Below, piece after piece: positions 48,209-57,501 of a stretch of DNA of 64,000 bases. How positions within the stretch are numbered: the stretch's first letter is position 1; each line of letters begins with the position of its first letter. The translations under genes and the position numbers were made by a program. The stretch is from a virus: the IMG/VR virus record IMGVR_UViG_3300032315_001604, positions 64,001 through 128,000 of that record; one strand, given 5' to 3'. Below the pieces are notes generated by a model. The model worked only from the letters and a program-made list of their open reading frames with translations, searched no databases and had not been told where the DNA came from.

Positions 48209-48474
48209 TTTACTATATTTTTATTTGATGTATTGCTTTGTTCTTTTTCAATTTGTTCTAAAAGAATATCTAAACGTTGTGCTAAACTTAAAGCTTTATC
48301 GATATTTGCAGCAACTTTTGTATTCGCCTCACCTGCTTGTTGTAATTCAGTTTTAGTATCTTTTAAAGATACAATAAGTTGATCAGTTGATACTGATGGC
48401 GGTAACGTTTTCTTTTTTTCTATATTTGCACATCCAACAAATAATAAAAATATCAAAGGTAATAAAAATCTCAT
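48205..48474 (-). CDS. Lipoprotein, candidate outer-membrane spanin
   Basis: MRFLLPLIFLLFVG-C lipobox followed by a coiled coil; aTAAATA 5 nt upstream (48480-48485). Confidence 0.6.
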   Translation of the reverse strand: MRFLLPLIFLLFVGCANIEKKKTLPPSVSTDQLIVSLKDTKTELQQAGEANTKVAANIDKALSLAQRLDILLEQIEKEQSNTSNKNIVK

Positions 48475-48493
48475 AAAACTATTTATCTTTACA

Positions 48494-49003
48494 TTACCAA
48501 CCTTGCGGTAAGGTAATTGAAATTGTAGGATCTAAATCATTAGAATCTCTTGTGACAATATATTGCCATTTGGTTTCATTGATATCAGATGCTTGTGAAC
48601 TGACCCAATTTGTAATAGAAGGCACAAACACAGGTTCTGTTAATCTTTTATCAGTAAATAAATCAATACCGCAAAATAATGTTCCAGTTAAAGATAATGT
48701 TATAACAGTAGATCCTGTGGTTCTATCACCCCACGGCGTAATATCTGCACCTGTATTTTCTTTATCATAAACTACATAACCAGCCGACAAATAAACTACA
48801 TAATCGTCGTCTGATCTCCAAGTATTAATTCTTGGTCTATCATTCTCGTTGATAATTGGCGAATATGCAGTAACAATTACATTGTTGGTGTTCCAAGAAA
48901 GATTAAAATTTACTTCATTAGGAAAAATTAATTTATCTCCCAAATAAATTTTACCAACCCCTTTATCTCCTACATATGCAGTTAAAATTTTATTTAAAAT
49001 CAT
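48494..49003 (-). CDS. Fibre-associated virion protein
   Basis: N-terminal YVGDKGVGKIYLGDKLIFP motif; ATGA-coupled to the fibre gene. Confidence 0.45.
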   Translation of the reverse strand: MILNKILTAYVGDKGVGKIYLGDKLIFPNEVNFNLSWNTNNVIVTAYSPIINENDRPRINTWRSDDDYVVYLSAGYVVYDKENTGADITPWGDRTTGSTVITLSLTGTLFCGIDLFTDKRLTEPVFVPSITNWVSSQASDINETKWQYIVTRDSNDLDPTISITLPQGW

Positions 49004-51999
49004 ACAATAATATATATTGTTGACGGATCTTTAACTGCTAAACCTGTGTATGTAGCTTCTGAAAGATATACCATATTAACAACAGCACTTGCAGAAGGAG
49101 ATACTGTTGATGGTTTACTAGCTACAACATCATAAATTCTATTACTTGCAGAAATATTTCCATTAACCGTTAATGCTTGAGCAGGAGTTGTTGTGCCAAT
49201 GCCTACGTTTCCTGTGTGATCAATACGCATTCTTTCTACCGATCCTAAACTAGAACCTGTAATTTGAGTTCTAAATGTTATATAAGAACCTTGTGCCGTG
49301 CTTGTATACTTTTCAGCAGCCCACATTTGTATTGCTACTGGAGAATTTTGTGTTGGGTTTATTCCACCATCAAGCATACCCCATGCTCTTATACTCATGA
49401 GAGCATCTCCAGCACTAACTCCAATAGCAGCAGTAGACGCTCCTCTTGATCTTAATGCTTTAATATTGGGAGATCTTTGAACATCCCCTGCATTTCCAGT
49501 ATATCTGCTCATAACCAACATGGTCTTTGCAGGATTAGGCGAATTATCATCAAGAGTTAATCCTAGTGTAAAAGTATCTACAGCAGCATCACCAAGAGCT
49601 ATACTGCTTATAGCAGCACCAAGGGAAGTATTACCCAATACCGTTAAACCATTTGCATTAAAATCTGTTCCAACACCAAGTCTACCTGCAACAAACATAC
49701 CACCAGAAGCAGATACCATGTATTGGCCTGTTCTAGTCGTGGAGACGTTTTGTGTTAATGTGCCTAAATTACCATCAGACCAAGCATAGGTGTAATTTTG
49801 TGCTGCTGTTGCTCTAAATCCTGCTGAGTGTGACGCAATACCTTTAGCTTCAGAAAATCTTCCTTCTGCATGACTATATATTGCAGTAGCTCTTGTTGAA
49901 GCTCCTTCTGCATGTGAAGAGTTACTATTAGCATGTGTATTAACACCCTCACTGTGAGAATATGCACCAGATGCTATAGTCAAATCACCTTCTGCATGAC
50001 TATAAGTTCCAGAAGCTGTTGTACTACCTCCTTCTGCATGACTATAATTTCCAGAAGCTGTTGTACTATAGCCTTCTGCATGACTTGCTTCTCCAGAAGC
50101 TGATGTATTATCACCTTCTGCATGACTTGCGATACTAGAAGCAAATGAATTTCTTCCTTCTGCATGACTTGCTAGGTCAGAAGCTGTTGTACCTTCTCCT
50201 TCGGCATGACTTCCATCACCAGATGCTGTTGTATAACCACCTTCGGCATGACTTGAATATCCAGAAGCTGTTGTACCTTCTCCTTCAGAGTGACTTGCTG
50301 TTCCAGAAGCCACTGTACCAGAACCTTCGGCATGTGAATAATTTCCAAGTACTACAGAATTGATTCCTTCAACATGGTTGAATAAACCATAAGATGCAGT
50401 ACCTGAACCTTCAATAACACTGCCTACTACAAACAAATCAGCATTTGCAGTCAAATTTCCTGTTAAAGTTCCACCACTTAATGGTAAAAAGTTATTTCTT
50501 AAAAAGGTATCAGTAATCCATTCATTAGAATTTGCACTATTAGTATAAAGTATTCCATTTGAACTTATGTTTCCAAAAACTGTTAATTTATTACTTGATA
50601 AACCAACATTATAGCCATCAACACCAATGCCCATGTTTCCTGGAATAAAAACTCCACCAGAAGCAGATATCATATATTGGCCTGTTCTAGTCGTGGAGAC
50701 GTTTTGTGTTAATGTACCCAAATTACCATCTGACCAAGCATATGTATAATTTTGTGCTGCTGTTGCTCTAACTCCTGCTGCATGACTGTAAGATCCGTTA
50801 GCAACAGTTTCTCTACCTTCAGCATGACTTCCAAGTTTAGAAGCTATTGTACTATAACCTTCGGCATGACTTCCAAAGTTTCCAGAAGCTGTTGTATTAA
50901 AACCTTCTGCATGACTTCCAATGTTTCCAGAAGCTATTGTAGCATACCCTTCTGCATGACTATAATTTCCAGAAGCTGTTGTACTATAGCCTTCTGCATG
51001 ACAGAAAGTTCCAGAAGCTGTTGTTTCACCACCTTCAGCATGACTTCCACTTCCAAAAGCTGTTGTAAGATACCCCTCTGCGTGTGCCCCCGCAGCAGAA
51101 TTTGATTCAAAAATAATAAATCCGTTTGATGTATCACTAGAAAATACATCAGATCTTGCTGATATAGCTCCATTAATTGAATTTCTAGAAGCTACAGTAA
51201 ATTCTTGATAAAAATTTAAAAAGGTATTTTTGGCTCTTAATACAGTTCCAGCTGCAAGAGTACTAAACTTAGAACTTAACAAATTAGAAAAAGTAAAAAG
51301 CCTTGTTGAAGCTGTGTATGTTAAAAAATCAATCCTTTGTCCAGTTGCTGTATCATAGCCTTCTGCATGACTATATAACCCTGTAGCAGTTGTGTAGAGT
51401 CCTTCTGCATGACTGTGGAATCCAGATGCAAATGTGGCAGAACCTTCTGCATGACTACCTAAGTTTCCTGCTGCTCTTGTATTTACGCCTTCTGCATGAC
51501 TATAAGTTCCAGAAGCTGTTGTATTATTGCCTTCTGCATGACTTTCATTTCCAGAAGCTGTTGTATTAGATCCTTCTGCATGACTATTAGTTCCTAACGC
51601 TTTTGTACCAGAACCTTCTTCTACTCTTCCAGTAAATTTAACATTTACTGCACTTAAATTAAAATTGACTTTTAAATTGCCTGTTAGAGTTCCACCACTT
51701 AAAGGCAAATAGTTATTCAAAATAGCATTATTTAAATCCGCGAGGTTAGCAATTCTTTGCGTATATGCTGTTACAGGATAAGATAAAGAACTTAATGTAT
51801 AATATTTTGATTGTTCACTGACATGAATTAACATGCCTACTTTCTGTCTATCTAATGGTACGGCTGTTGAAAGATCGACTAAAGTTGAAACAGACATCAA
51901 TCCACCTTTTCCATAGATGTCTTCATGTGTTGGAAATGTTGCATCCGTATCGCCTGGACTGATTTTAGCTGCTAAAATTGTACCTTGTATTTCTGCCAT
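49000..51999 (-). CDS. Tail fibre/adhesin with YadA-head-like 14-aa SHAEG repeats
   Basis: 999 aa, about 28 xSHAEGxxTxASG units in two modules, LPLSGG.LTG joints and a C-terminal MRIDHTGNVGIGTTTP; aTAAATA 5 nt upstream. Confidence 0.8.
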   Translation of the reverse strand: MAEIQGTILAAKISPGDTDATFPTHEDIYGKGGLMSVSTLVDLSTAVPLDRQKVGMLIHVSEQSKYYTLSSLSYPVTAYTQRIANLADLNNAILNNYLPLSGGTLTGNLKVNFNLSAVNVKFTGRVEEGSGTKALGTNSHAEGSNTTASGNESHAEGNNTTASGTYSHAEGVNTRAAGNLGSHAEGSATFASGFHSHAEGLYTTATGLYSHAEGYDTATGQRIDFLTYTASTRLFTFSNLLSSKFSTLAAGTVLRAKNTFLNFYQEFTVASRNSINGAISARSDVFSSDTSNGFIIFESNSAAGAHAEGYLTTAFGSGSHAEGGETTASGTFCHAEGYSTTASGNYSHAEGYATIASGNIGSHAEGFNTTASGNFGSHAEGYSTIASKLGSHAEGRETVANGSYSHAAGVRATAAQNYTYAWSDGNLGTLTQNVSTTRTGQYMISASGGVFIPGNMGIGVDGYNVGLSSNKLTVFGNISSNGILYTNSANSNEWITDTFLRNNFLPLSGGTLTGNLTANADLFVVGSVIEGSGTASYGLFNHVEGINSVVLGNYSHAEGSGTVASGTASHSEGEGTTASGYSSHAEGGYTTASGDGSHAEGEGTTASDLASHAEGRNSFASSIASHAEGDNTSASGEASHAEGYSTTASGNYSHAEGGSTTASGTYSHAEGDLTIASGAYSHSEGVNTHANSNSSHAEGASTRATAIYSHAEGRFSEAKGIASHSAGFRATAAQNYTYAWSDGNLGTLTQNVSTTRTGQYMVSASGGMFVAGRLGVGTDFNANGLTVLGNTSLGAAISSIALGDAAVDTFTLGLTLDDNSPNPAKTMLVMSRYTGNAGDVQRSPNIKALRSRGASTAAIGVSAGDALMSIRAWGMLDGGINPTQNSPVAIQMWAAEKYTSTAQGSYITFRTQITGSSLGSVERMRIDHTGNVGIGTTTPAQALTVNGNISASNRIYDVVASKPSTVSPSASAVVNMVYLSEATYTGLAVKDPSTIYIIV

Positions 52000-54500
52000 A
52001 ATGTTATTTATTAAATTATTTCAACAGTATAAGTTCCTGTTAAAAGATTGTTTGTTCTGTATACATAATAATTATCGTTTCCACCGTAGATATTAGCAAA
52101 TGGTGTAATCGATAATTGTGTCATGTCATTAAAATTAAATCCATTGATTCTAATTAATGCCGTTGTTCCAAATCTAATTGGGTATGCAACATAAATATAT
52201 TCGTTTGTTGCATATACTGTTTTAGCTCCTAATGATAGGCGAGATGTTGCTAAAACACTATCATCCGCATTTGAATATATAGTTATATTATTTGCACTAA
52301 GTTGATTTGTTGCACCAAAATATACTCTATATCTCCAATTTGCATTAATAGTTCTTGTATGTTCAGCATTAGACCAATCGGTTACTTTTACGCTCCACGA
52401 ACTTGTTTGTTGTGTAGCAGTTCCTCCGATACTACTAATACTATATGTATTTGTGTCATTGTAAGAAGAGAATGTAAAAGTATTTGTACCTACTGTTGTT
52501 AATCCAGTAGGTAAAGTTAATGTGTATTTTGATACTGCTTGTGGTTCAACTTTTGTGCTATTCCAAACAAGAGAAGGTGAAACTAAAGATTGACCTATTT
52601 CTAATGTTAGAGAGCTAGAACCATTTAATAATAAATATGAAAAATTTGGCGCAACATATAAAAATGCATTTAATGCTTGTTTAATACCTGTTAAACTTGG
52701 TCTTTCTAAACTACCAAAATCAAGTTCTCTGGAATAAACAATTTGTTGCGAACTTACATTTCCTGTAACATTTAATTGTCCAGAAACACTTAAATTACCA
52801 GTTAAAGATCCACCTGATAATGCTAAGAAATTATTTTTAACATAATTTTGAGTAGCATACGTTGCACTATTACTGTTTACGTTACTATAAACGCTGTTCC
52901 ATTGATTGGAATTACCATTATTAGCATAAACAAGACCTGATCCACTAATAACACCAGCAACCGTCAATGCATTTTCTTGTGAATCAGTTCCAATACCAAC
53001 CTGCCCTCTTGGAATGTAAACACCAGATGGCGCATATATAAAATACTGTCTAGATTTTGTTGATGATATATTATTTGTTAATGTATTGTCTCCAGACCAT
53101 GCATAACTATAATCATATGCTGCTGTTGCTTTATAACCAGCAGCATGAGAAACTAATCCTTTAGATTCTGCATATCTTCCTTCTGCATGACTATATAACC
53201 CAGAAGCTATTGTAGACGCACCTTCCGCATGACTATAAGTGCCAGAAGCTATTGTAACCGCACCTTCTGCATGACTCGATTCTCCAGAAGCTGTTGTACT
53301 ATCACCTTCTGAATGACTAAAATTACCAGAAGCCGTAGTTTCATATCCCTCTGCATGACTCGATTCTCCAGAAGCTTTGGTGTTTTCCCCTTCAGTATGA
53401 CTTGAATCACCAGAAGCTGTTGTTGAATTTCCTTCAGCATGACTAAACGATCCTAATGCTTTTCCTGATCCTTCTTCGACTCTGCCAGTAAACTTAACAT
53501 TTACCGCACTTAAATTATTTGTAACATTTAAATTACCTGATATTTGACCACCAGAAAGTGGTAAAAATTTATTATTTGTGAAAAGAATAGTGGCATATCT
53601 TGCACTATTACTGATTACATTACTATAAACATTGTTCCAATTTGCAGAAGTACTGTTAACAACGGAAGTTACTGACAATTCTGTTGCACTATTAGCAAAA
53701 ACCCAATTAGAACCTTTGTACGAATTTAAAATATCAGCACTATTGGAGTTTACAAAACTTCTAGCAGATTGATCTAAAGAACTATTGGCATTTGTGTAGC
53801 TGTAAACAGAATTCCATTGATTAGAATTACCATTATTAGCATAAACAATACTTGTTCCGCTGATAATACCAACAACACTTAAAGCATTTGCTTGAGAATC
53901 TGTTCCAACACCAAGCTGTCCTGCAACAAACATACCACCAGAAGCAGATACCATGTATTGACCCGTTCTAGTTGTTGAAACGTTTTTTGTAAGAGTTCCT
54001 AAGTTACCATCTGACCAAGCATATGTATAATTTTGAGCAGCAGTTGATCTAAAACCTGCTGCATGACTTGCATCTCCAGAAGCTACTGTTTGATATCCTT
54101 CTGCATGACTTGAACTTCCAGAAGCTCTTGTCACCTGTCCTTCTGCATGACTTGCACTTCCAGAAGCTACTGTTTGAAAACCTTCTGCATGACTTTGATT
54201 GGTAGAAGCTACTGTTTGAAAACCTTCTGCATGACTATTTTGCCCAGAAGCGGTGGTTGCGGCTCCTTCTGCATGACTTGCATCTCCAGAAGCTAATGTT
54301 ACGTTTCCTTCAGCATGACTATAGAATCCAGAAGCTTCCGTACTATTACCTTCCGCATGACTAAACGATCCTAATGCTTTTCCTGATCCTTCTTCGACTC
54401 TGCCAGTAAACTTAACATTTACAGCACTTAAATTATTATTAACATTTAAATTTCCTGTAATTTGACCACCACTTAAAGGTAAAAATTTGTTATTGCTAAA
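49700..54500. repeat. Coding 42-nt tandem repeats and duplicated module joints within the two fibre genes
   Basis: Recurrent CCTTCTGCATGACT units; near-identical blocks at about 53461/54381/51610 (VNVKFTGRVEEGSG) and 49711/50671/53950 (AAQNYTYAWSDGNLG...GQYM). Confidence 0.85.
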
Positions 54501-55178
54501 AAGGATAGTGGCATATGTTGCACTATTACTGTTTACATTACTATAAACAGAATTCCAACTGGCTGATGTACTATTGACTACACTTGTAACTGAAAGTTCT
54601 GTAGCACTATTAGCAAAAACCCAATTAGAACCTTTATAACCGTTGATAATAGAAGCACTATTAGAATTTACAAATGATGTTGCAGCCAATTCCGTAGAAC
54701 TATTAGCATTTACAAAAGCGGTAGCAGCTAATTCTGTTGCACTGTTTGCAAAAACCCAACTAGATCCTTTATAACCATTAATAATAGTAGAACTATTAGC
54801 ATTTACAAATGATCTAGAAGCCTGATCAAAAGAACTATTAGTATTTGTATAAGAATAAACACTATTCCAATTTAAACTATTGGTTTTAGCACCAGTAATA
54901 TTACCAGTAATAGTTAAATCCCCATTTATATTGACGTTATTTGTATAAAGAGTGTTTGTTTGTGTTCCGATGATGTTGTTACCAACAATAAAAGAGTTAT
55001 TTGCGCTTAAAATGTTGTTTTGACCACCTAAAATTGCCGAATTGTTACTTGGTACAAAGTTATTACTTCCACCTAGCACAGAACTATTATTTCCTGATAC
55101 CGCATTGGAGGTAGAACCGATTCTAACTTGACCTTTATTTGAATCGATATAAAGAGATTTGCTATTAATAAATTCCAT
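52011..55178 (-). CDS. Tail fibre/adhesin with SHAEG repeats and Ser/Asn-rich repeats
   Basis: 1055 aa, two modules of 8 SHAEG units, WNSVYS/NSATEL repeats and a C-terminal YIYVAYP domain; gTAAATA 6 nt upstream. Confidence 0.8.
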   Translation of the reverse strand: MEFINSKSLYIDSNKGQVRIGSTSNAVSGNNSSVLGGSNNFVPSNNSAILGGQNNILSANNSFIVGNNIIGTQTNTLYTNNVNINGDLTITGNITGAKTNSLNWNSVYSYTNTNSSFDQASRSFVNANSSTIINGYKGSSWVFANSATELAATAFVNANSSTELAATSFVNSNSASIINGYKGSNWVFANSATELSVTSVVNSTSASWNSVYSNVNSNSATYATILFSNNKFLPLSGGQITGNLNVNNNLSAVNVKFTGRVEEGSGKALGSFSHAEGNSTEASGFYSHAEGNVTLASGDASHAEGAATTASGQNSHAEGFQTVASTNQSHAEGFQTVASGSASHAEGQVTRASGSSSHAEGYQTVASGDASHAAGFRSTAAQNYTYAWSDGNLGTLTKNVSTTRTGQYMVSASGGMFVAGQLGVGTDSQANALSVVGIISGTSIVYANNGNSNQWNSVYSYTNANSSLDQSARSFVNSNSADILNSYKGSNWVFANSATELSVTSVVNSTSANWNNVYSNVISNSARYATILFTNNKFLPLSGGQISGNLNVTNNLSAVNVKFTGRVEEGSGKALGSFSHAEGNSTTASGDSSHTEGENTKASGESSHAEGYETTASGNFSHSEGDSTTASGESSHAEGAVTIASGTYSHAEGASTIASGLYSHAEGRYAESKGLVSHAAGYKATAAYDYSYAWSGDNTLTNNISSTKSRQYFIYAPSGVYIPRGQVGIGTDSQENALTVAGVISGSGLVYANNGNSNQWNSVYSNVNSNSATYATQNYVKNNFLALSGGSLTGNLSVSGQLNVTGNVSSQQIVYSRELDFGSLERPSLTGIKQALNAFLYVAPNFSYLLLNGSSSLTLEIGQSLVSPSLVWNSTKVEPQAVSKYTLTLPTGLTTVGTNTFTFSSYNDTNTYSISSIGGTATQQTSSWSVKVTDWSNAEHTRTINANWRYRVYFGATNQLSANNITIYSNADDSVLATSRLSLGAKTVYATNEYIYVAYPIRFGTTALIRINGFNFNDMTQLSITPFANIYGGNDNYYVYRTNNLLTGTYTVEII

Positions 55179-55184
55179 CGTTTA

Positions 55185-55208
55185 TATTTACAATATAAAG
55201 TGTAAATA
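55185..55208. promoter_or_regulatory. Divergent pair of late-promoter-like TAAATA cores
   Basis: gTAAATA on - (55185-55190) and on + (55203-55208), each exactly 6 nt from its ATG. Confidence 0.65.
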
Positions 55209-55214
55209 TATGAA

Positions 55215-55529
55215 ATGAAATTCGAAGAACTCTACAATAAAGTTGCTCCTTTATATATTAAGGAACAAGAAGAACAAACATCACCAATGCAAGTATCAGA
55301 CGAAATATCGTCACAACTACCAACACCTGATACCGTTGATTTAAACGAAGAAAAATATAAAACTTTATTATTAGCTTTAAAAAAAGCATTAGAAGTAGCA
55401 GCAAAAGACGATTTAGAAAAAAGAAAAGTAGTATCTGATATTAATATCGATGCAGATCCTAAAGCAGCAGAAGAACAATTGATTTCAATTTTAAATACAG
55501 ATTCTTCCGAGTTTCCACAATCACAATAA
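55215..55529 (+). CDS. Small acidic late protein
   Basis: 104 aa beginning MKFEELY...IKE; late motif upstream. Confidence 0.5.
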   Translation: MKFEELYNKVAPLYIKEQEEQTSPMQVSDEISSQLPTPDTVDLNEEKYKTLLLALKKALEVAAKDDLEKRKVVSDINIDADPKAAEEQLISILNTDSSEFPQSQ

Positions 55530-55532
55530 TAG

Positions 55533-55560
55533 TTGCATTTTGTCAAAACTTTAGTAATAT
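55533..55560 (+). promoter_or_regulatory. sigma70-like promoter
   Basis: TTGCAT-N16-TAATAT, 6 nt before the ATG at 55567. Confidence 0.5.
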
Positions 55561-55566
55561 AAAGTA

Positions 55567-55869
55567 ATGACAAAGACAAAAAAATACTCAAGTGAAGATT
55601 TATCTCTTTCTAAAAAAGATATTAAAACAATTTTAGAATGTATTTTATTTTCATCTTCGGTTGATGTTTGTGCGTCATGGTATAAAGAAGATACTAATAG
55701 AATGTTAGATTTGGCGGAACGTCTTCGTATGGAACATACTGATATTCCAATTGAAAATGTTTATATTTCTCGATTTGAAGATGAAGAACATCCATTTATG
55801 GATGAACAAACCCAAAGAATCGTTGATGCTTTCCCAGAAATTGAAAAAATAGAAAAGTTTAGTTTATGA
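55567..55869 (+). CDS. Hypothetical protein
   Basis: 100-aa ORF coupled (ATGA) to the next gene. Confidence 0.5.
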   Translation: MTKTKKYSSEDLSLSKKDIKTILECILFSSSVDVCASWYKEDTNRMLDLAERLRMEHTDIPIENVYISRFEDEEHPFMDEQTQRIVDAFPEIEKIEKFSL

Positions 55870-56501
55870 AAATTGCTGTAAGCGGAACACAAAATACTGG
55901 AAAATCTACATACATTCAAGATTTTATAAAAAAATGGCCAATGTATGAAACATGTTCTAGTTCTTATCGTGATCTAATCAAAGAAAAAAAGATTACTCAT
56001 AGTAAAGAAGGAACAGAAGAAACACAAAAAACAATTTTAAATTATTTGGTGGATCAAGCAATCGAATCTTCAAAAAAAGATTTTGCGATTTTAGATAGAT
56101 GCATTTTGGATAATTTGGCATATTCTTCTTGGCTTCATCTTAATGAAAAAGTATCAGAAAAGTTTTTAGACGAAAGTAGAATTTTGGTTAGAGAAACTTT
56201 AAAATTGTTTGATATTATTTTCTTTATACCTTTAACTAGAGTTGCAGAAATTCCAATTGAAGATAATAATACAAGAGAAATTGATCCTGTTTATCGAGAA
56301 GAAGTTGATGTGATTTTTAAGGCATTTCAAGAATCTTATCATCGAGGAGATGGTAGAATTTTTCCAAAAGGAGATAGTCCACCGATTGTTGAAATTTTTG
56401 GAAATAGAGAAGAAAGAATTAAATTAACAGAGTTATATATCCGAGAAGACGGAAAATGTTTTGGCGAGGATGAAAGTTTAATCATTCCCGCAACAATGTA
56501 A
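55866..56501 (+). CDS. P-loop nucleoside/nucleotide kinase-like protein (AAA_28-like)
   Basis: IAVSGTQNTGKST and ILDRCILDNLAYS. Confidence 0.75.
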   Translation: MKIAVSGTQNTGKSTYIQDFIKKWPMYETCSSSYRDLIKEKKITHSKEGTEETQKTILNYLVDQAIESSKKDFAILDRCILDNLAYSSWLHLNEKVSEKFLDESRILVRETLKLFDIIFFIPLTRVAEIPIEDNNTREIDPVYREEVDVIFKAFQESYHRGDGRIFPKGDSPPIVEIFGNREERIKLTELYIREDGKCFGEDESLIIPATM

Positions 56502-56510
56502 AATAAAGGT

Positions 56511-56539
56511 TTGATTTTTTTAGAATCTTTTAGTATCAT
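56511..56539 (+). promoter_or_regulatory. sigma70-like promoter for primase
   Basis: TTGATT-N17-TATCAT, 8 nt before the ATG. Confidence 0.5.
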
Positions 56540-56547
56540 ATGAGTAT

Positions 56548-57501
56548 ATGATATTGCCTGAAACCTATGTATTAGGTAAATTTTATGCTTATGCTGGCGA
56601 TCCTGAATATCGCAAGTATGATAATGTTTATAATGCAGGGTGTCCTGTTTGCCGTGAAGGAAGTAGTTGGGGAAAGAAAAAAAGACTATACTATTATCCA
56701 TCTACCAATACATTTTTTTGTTTCAATTGTTCCAAATCTTGGTCTGCTTTCAATTGGCTAAAAGAAGCATGTAATATCAATTCTGACGAAATACAATCCG
56801 AATTAATTCAAAATAAAACTTCTTTTGATATTAATAAAAAAACAACATATCAAAAAACAAAAAAGAATTTACCAGATTTACCTTACGATTCTATAAATCT
56901 GTGTGACTCTATTCAAAAAAACTTTTACATAAAAAATGAAGTGTTTGTTCATGCATTGGAATATATTCAAAAAAGAAGATTGCTAACAGCGATTAATAAA
57001 TCACCTAATTTATACATAAGTTTAACTGATTTTTATCATAAAAACAGAATATGCATACCATTTCATGATAGAAACAAAAAAATTATGTTCTATCAAACTA
57101 GAGTTTTGGACGATTCAATTCCGAAATATCTTGGAAAGGTGGGTTATGATAAAACATTGTTTGGAATAGACAGAATTGACTCAAATTTAGATTATATTTT
57201 TATATTCGAAGGACCAATTGATGCAATGTTTGTTAAGAATGGCATCAGTGCAGCAGGATTAAACATAACTCAAAAACAACTACAACAATTATCAGAATTT
57301 CCCTTGCACGAAAAAATATGGATATTAGATAATCCAAGATATGATAAAACTGCTAAAGAAAAAACATGCGAATTAATCAATAAAGGACAAAAAGTTTTTA
57401 GATGGCCAATCGATTTAAATTATAAAGACTTTAATGAAATGGCTGTAACAGAACAGCTAAACGAAATCGATTATAATTTAATTTTAAAGAATATATATTA
57501 G
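56548..57501 (+). CDS. gp61: DNA primase
   Basis: Zn finger CPVC...FCFNC; TOPRIM motifs FIFEGPIDAMF and WILDN; KDFNEM. Confidence 0.9.
   Translation: MILPETYVLGKFYAYAGDPEYRKYDNVYNAGCPVCREGSSWGKKKRLYYYPSTNTFFCFNCSKSWSAFNWLKEACNINSDEIQSELIQNKTSFDINKKTTYQKTKKNLPDLPYDSINLCDSIQKNFYIKNEVFVHALEYIQKRRLLTAINKSPNLYISLTDFYHKNRICIPFHDRNKKIMFYQTRVLDDSIPKYLGKVGYDKTLFGIDRIDSNLDYIFIFEGPIDAMFVKNGISAAGLNITQKQLQQLSEFPLHEKIWILDNPRYDKTAKEKTCELINKGQKVFRWPIDLNYKDFNEMAVTEQLNEIDYNLILKNIY

Noticed and set aside
16941-54000. Short + strand or alternate-frame ORFs within - strand genes (e.g. 17922, 20556, 23034, 26525, 29908, 30328, 42513, 44670, 49520, 50752, 53249)
   Set aside because: They are antisense or frame shadows. 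Cys- or Phe-rich translations such as 50752..51105 merely mirror the SHAEG repeats or A-rich codons.
49000-55178. CRISPR array or diversity-generating retroelement suggested by the 42-nt repeats and duplicated blocks
   Set aside because: The repeats are in-frame, degenerate and coding, with no unique spacers. Differences between duplicated blocks are mostly synonymous rather than adenine-specific, and no cas or reverse transcriptase gene is in the window.
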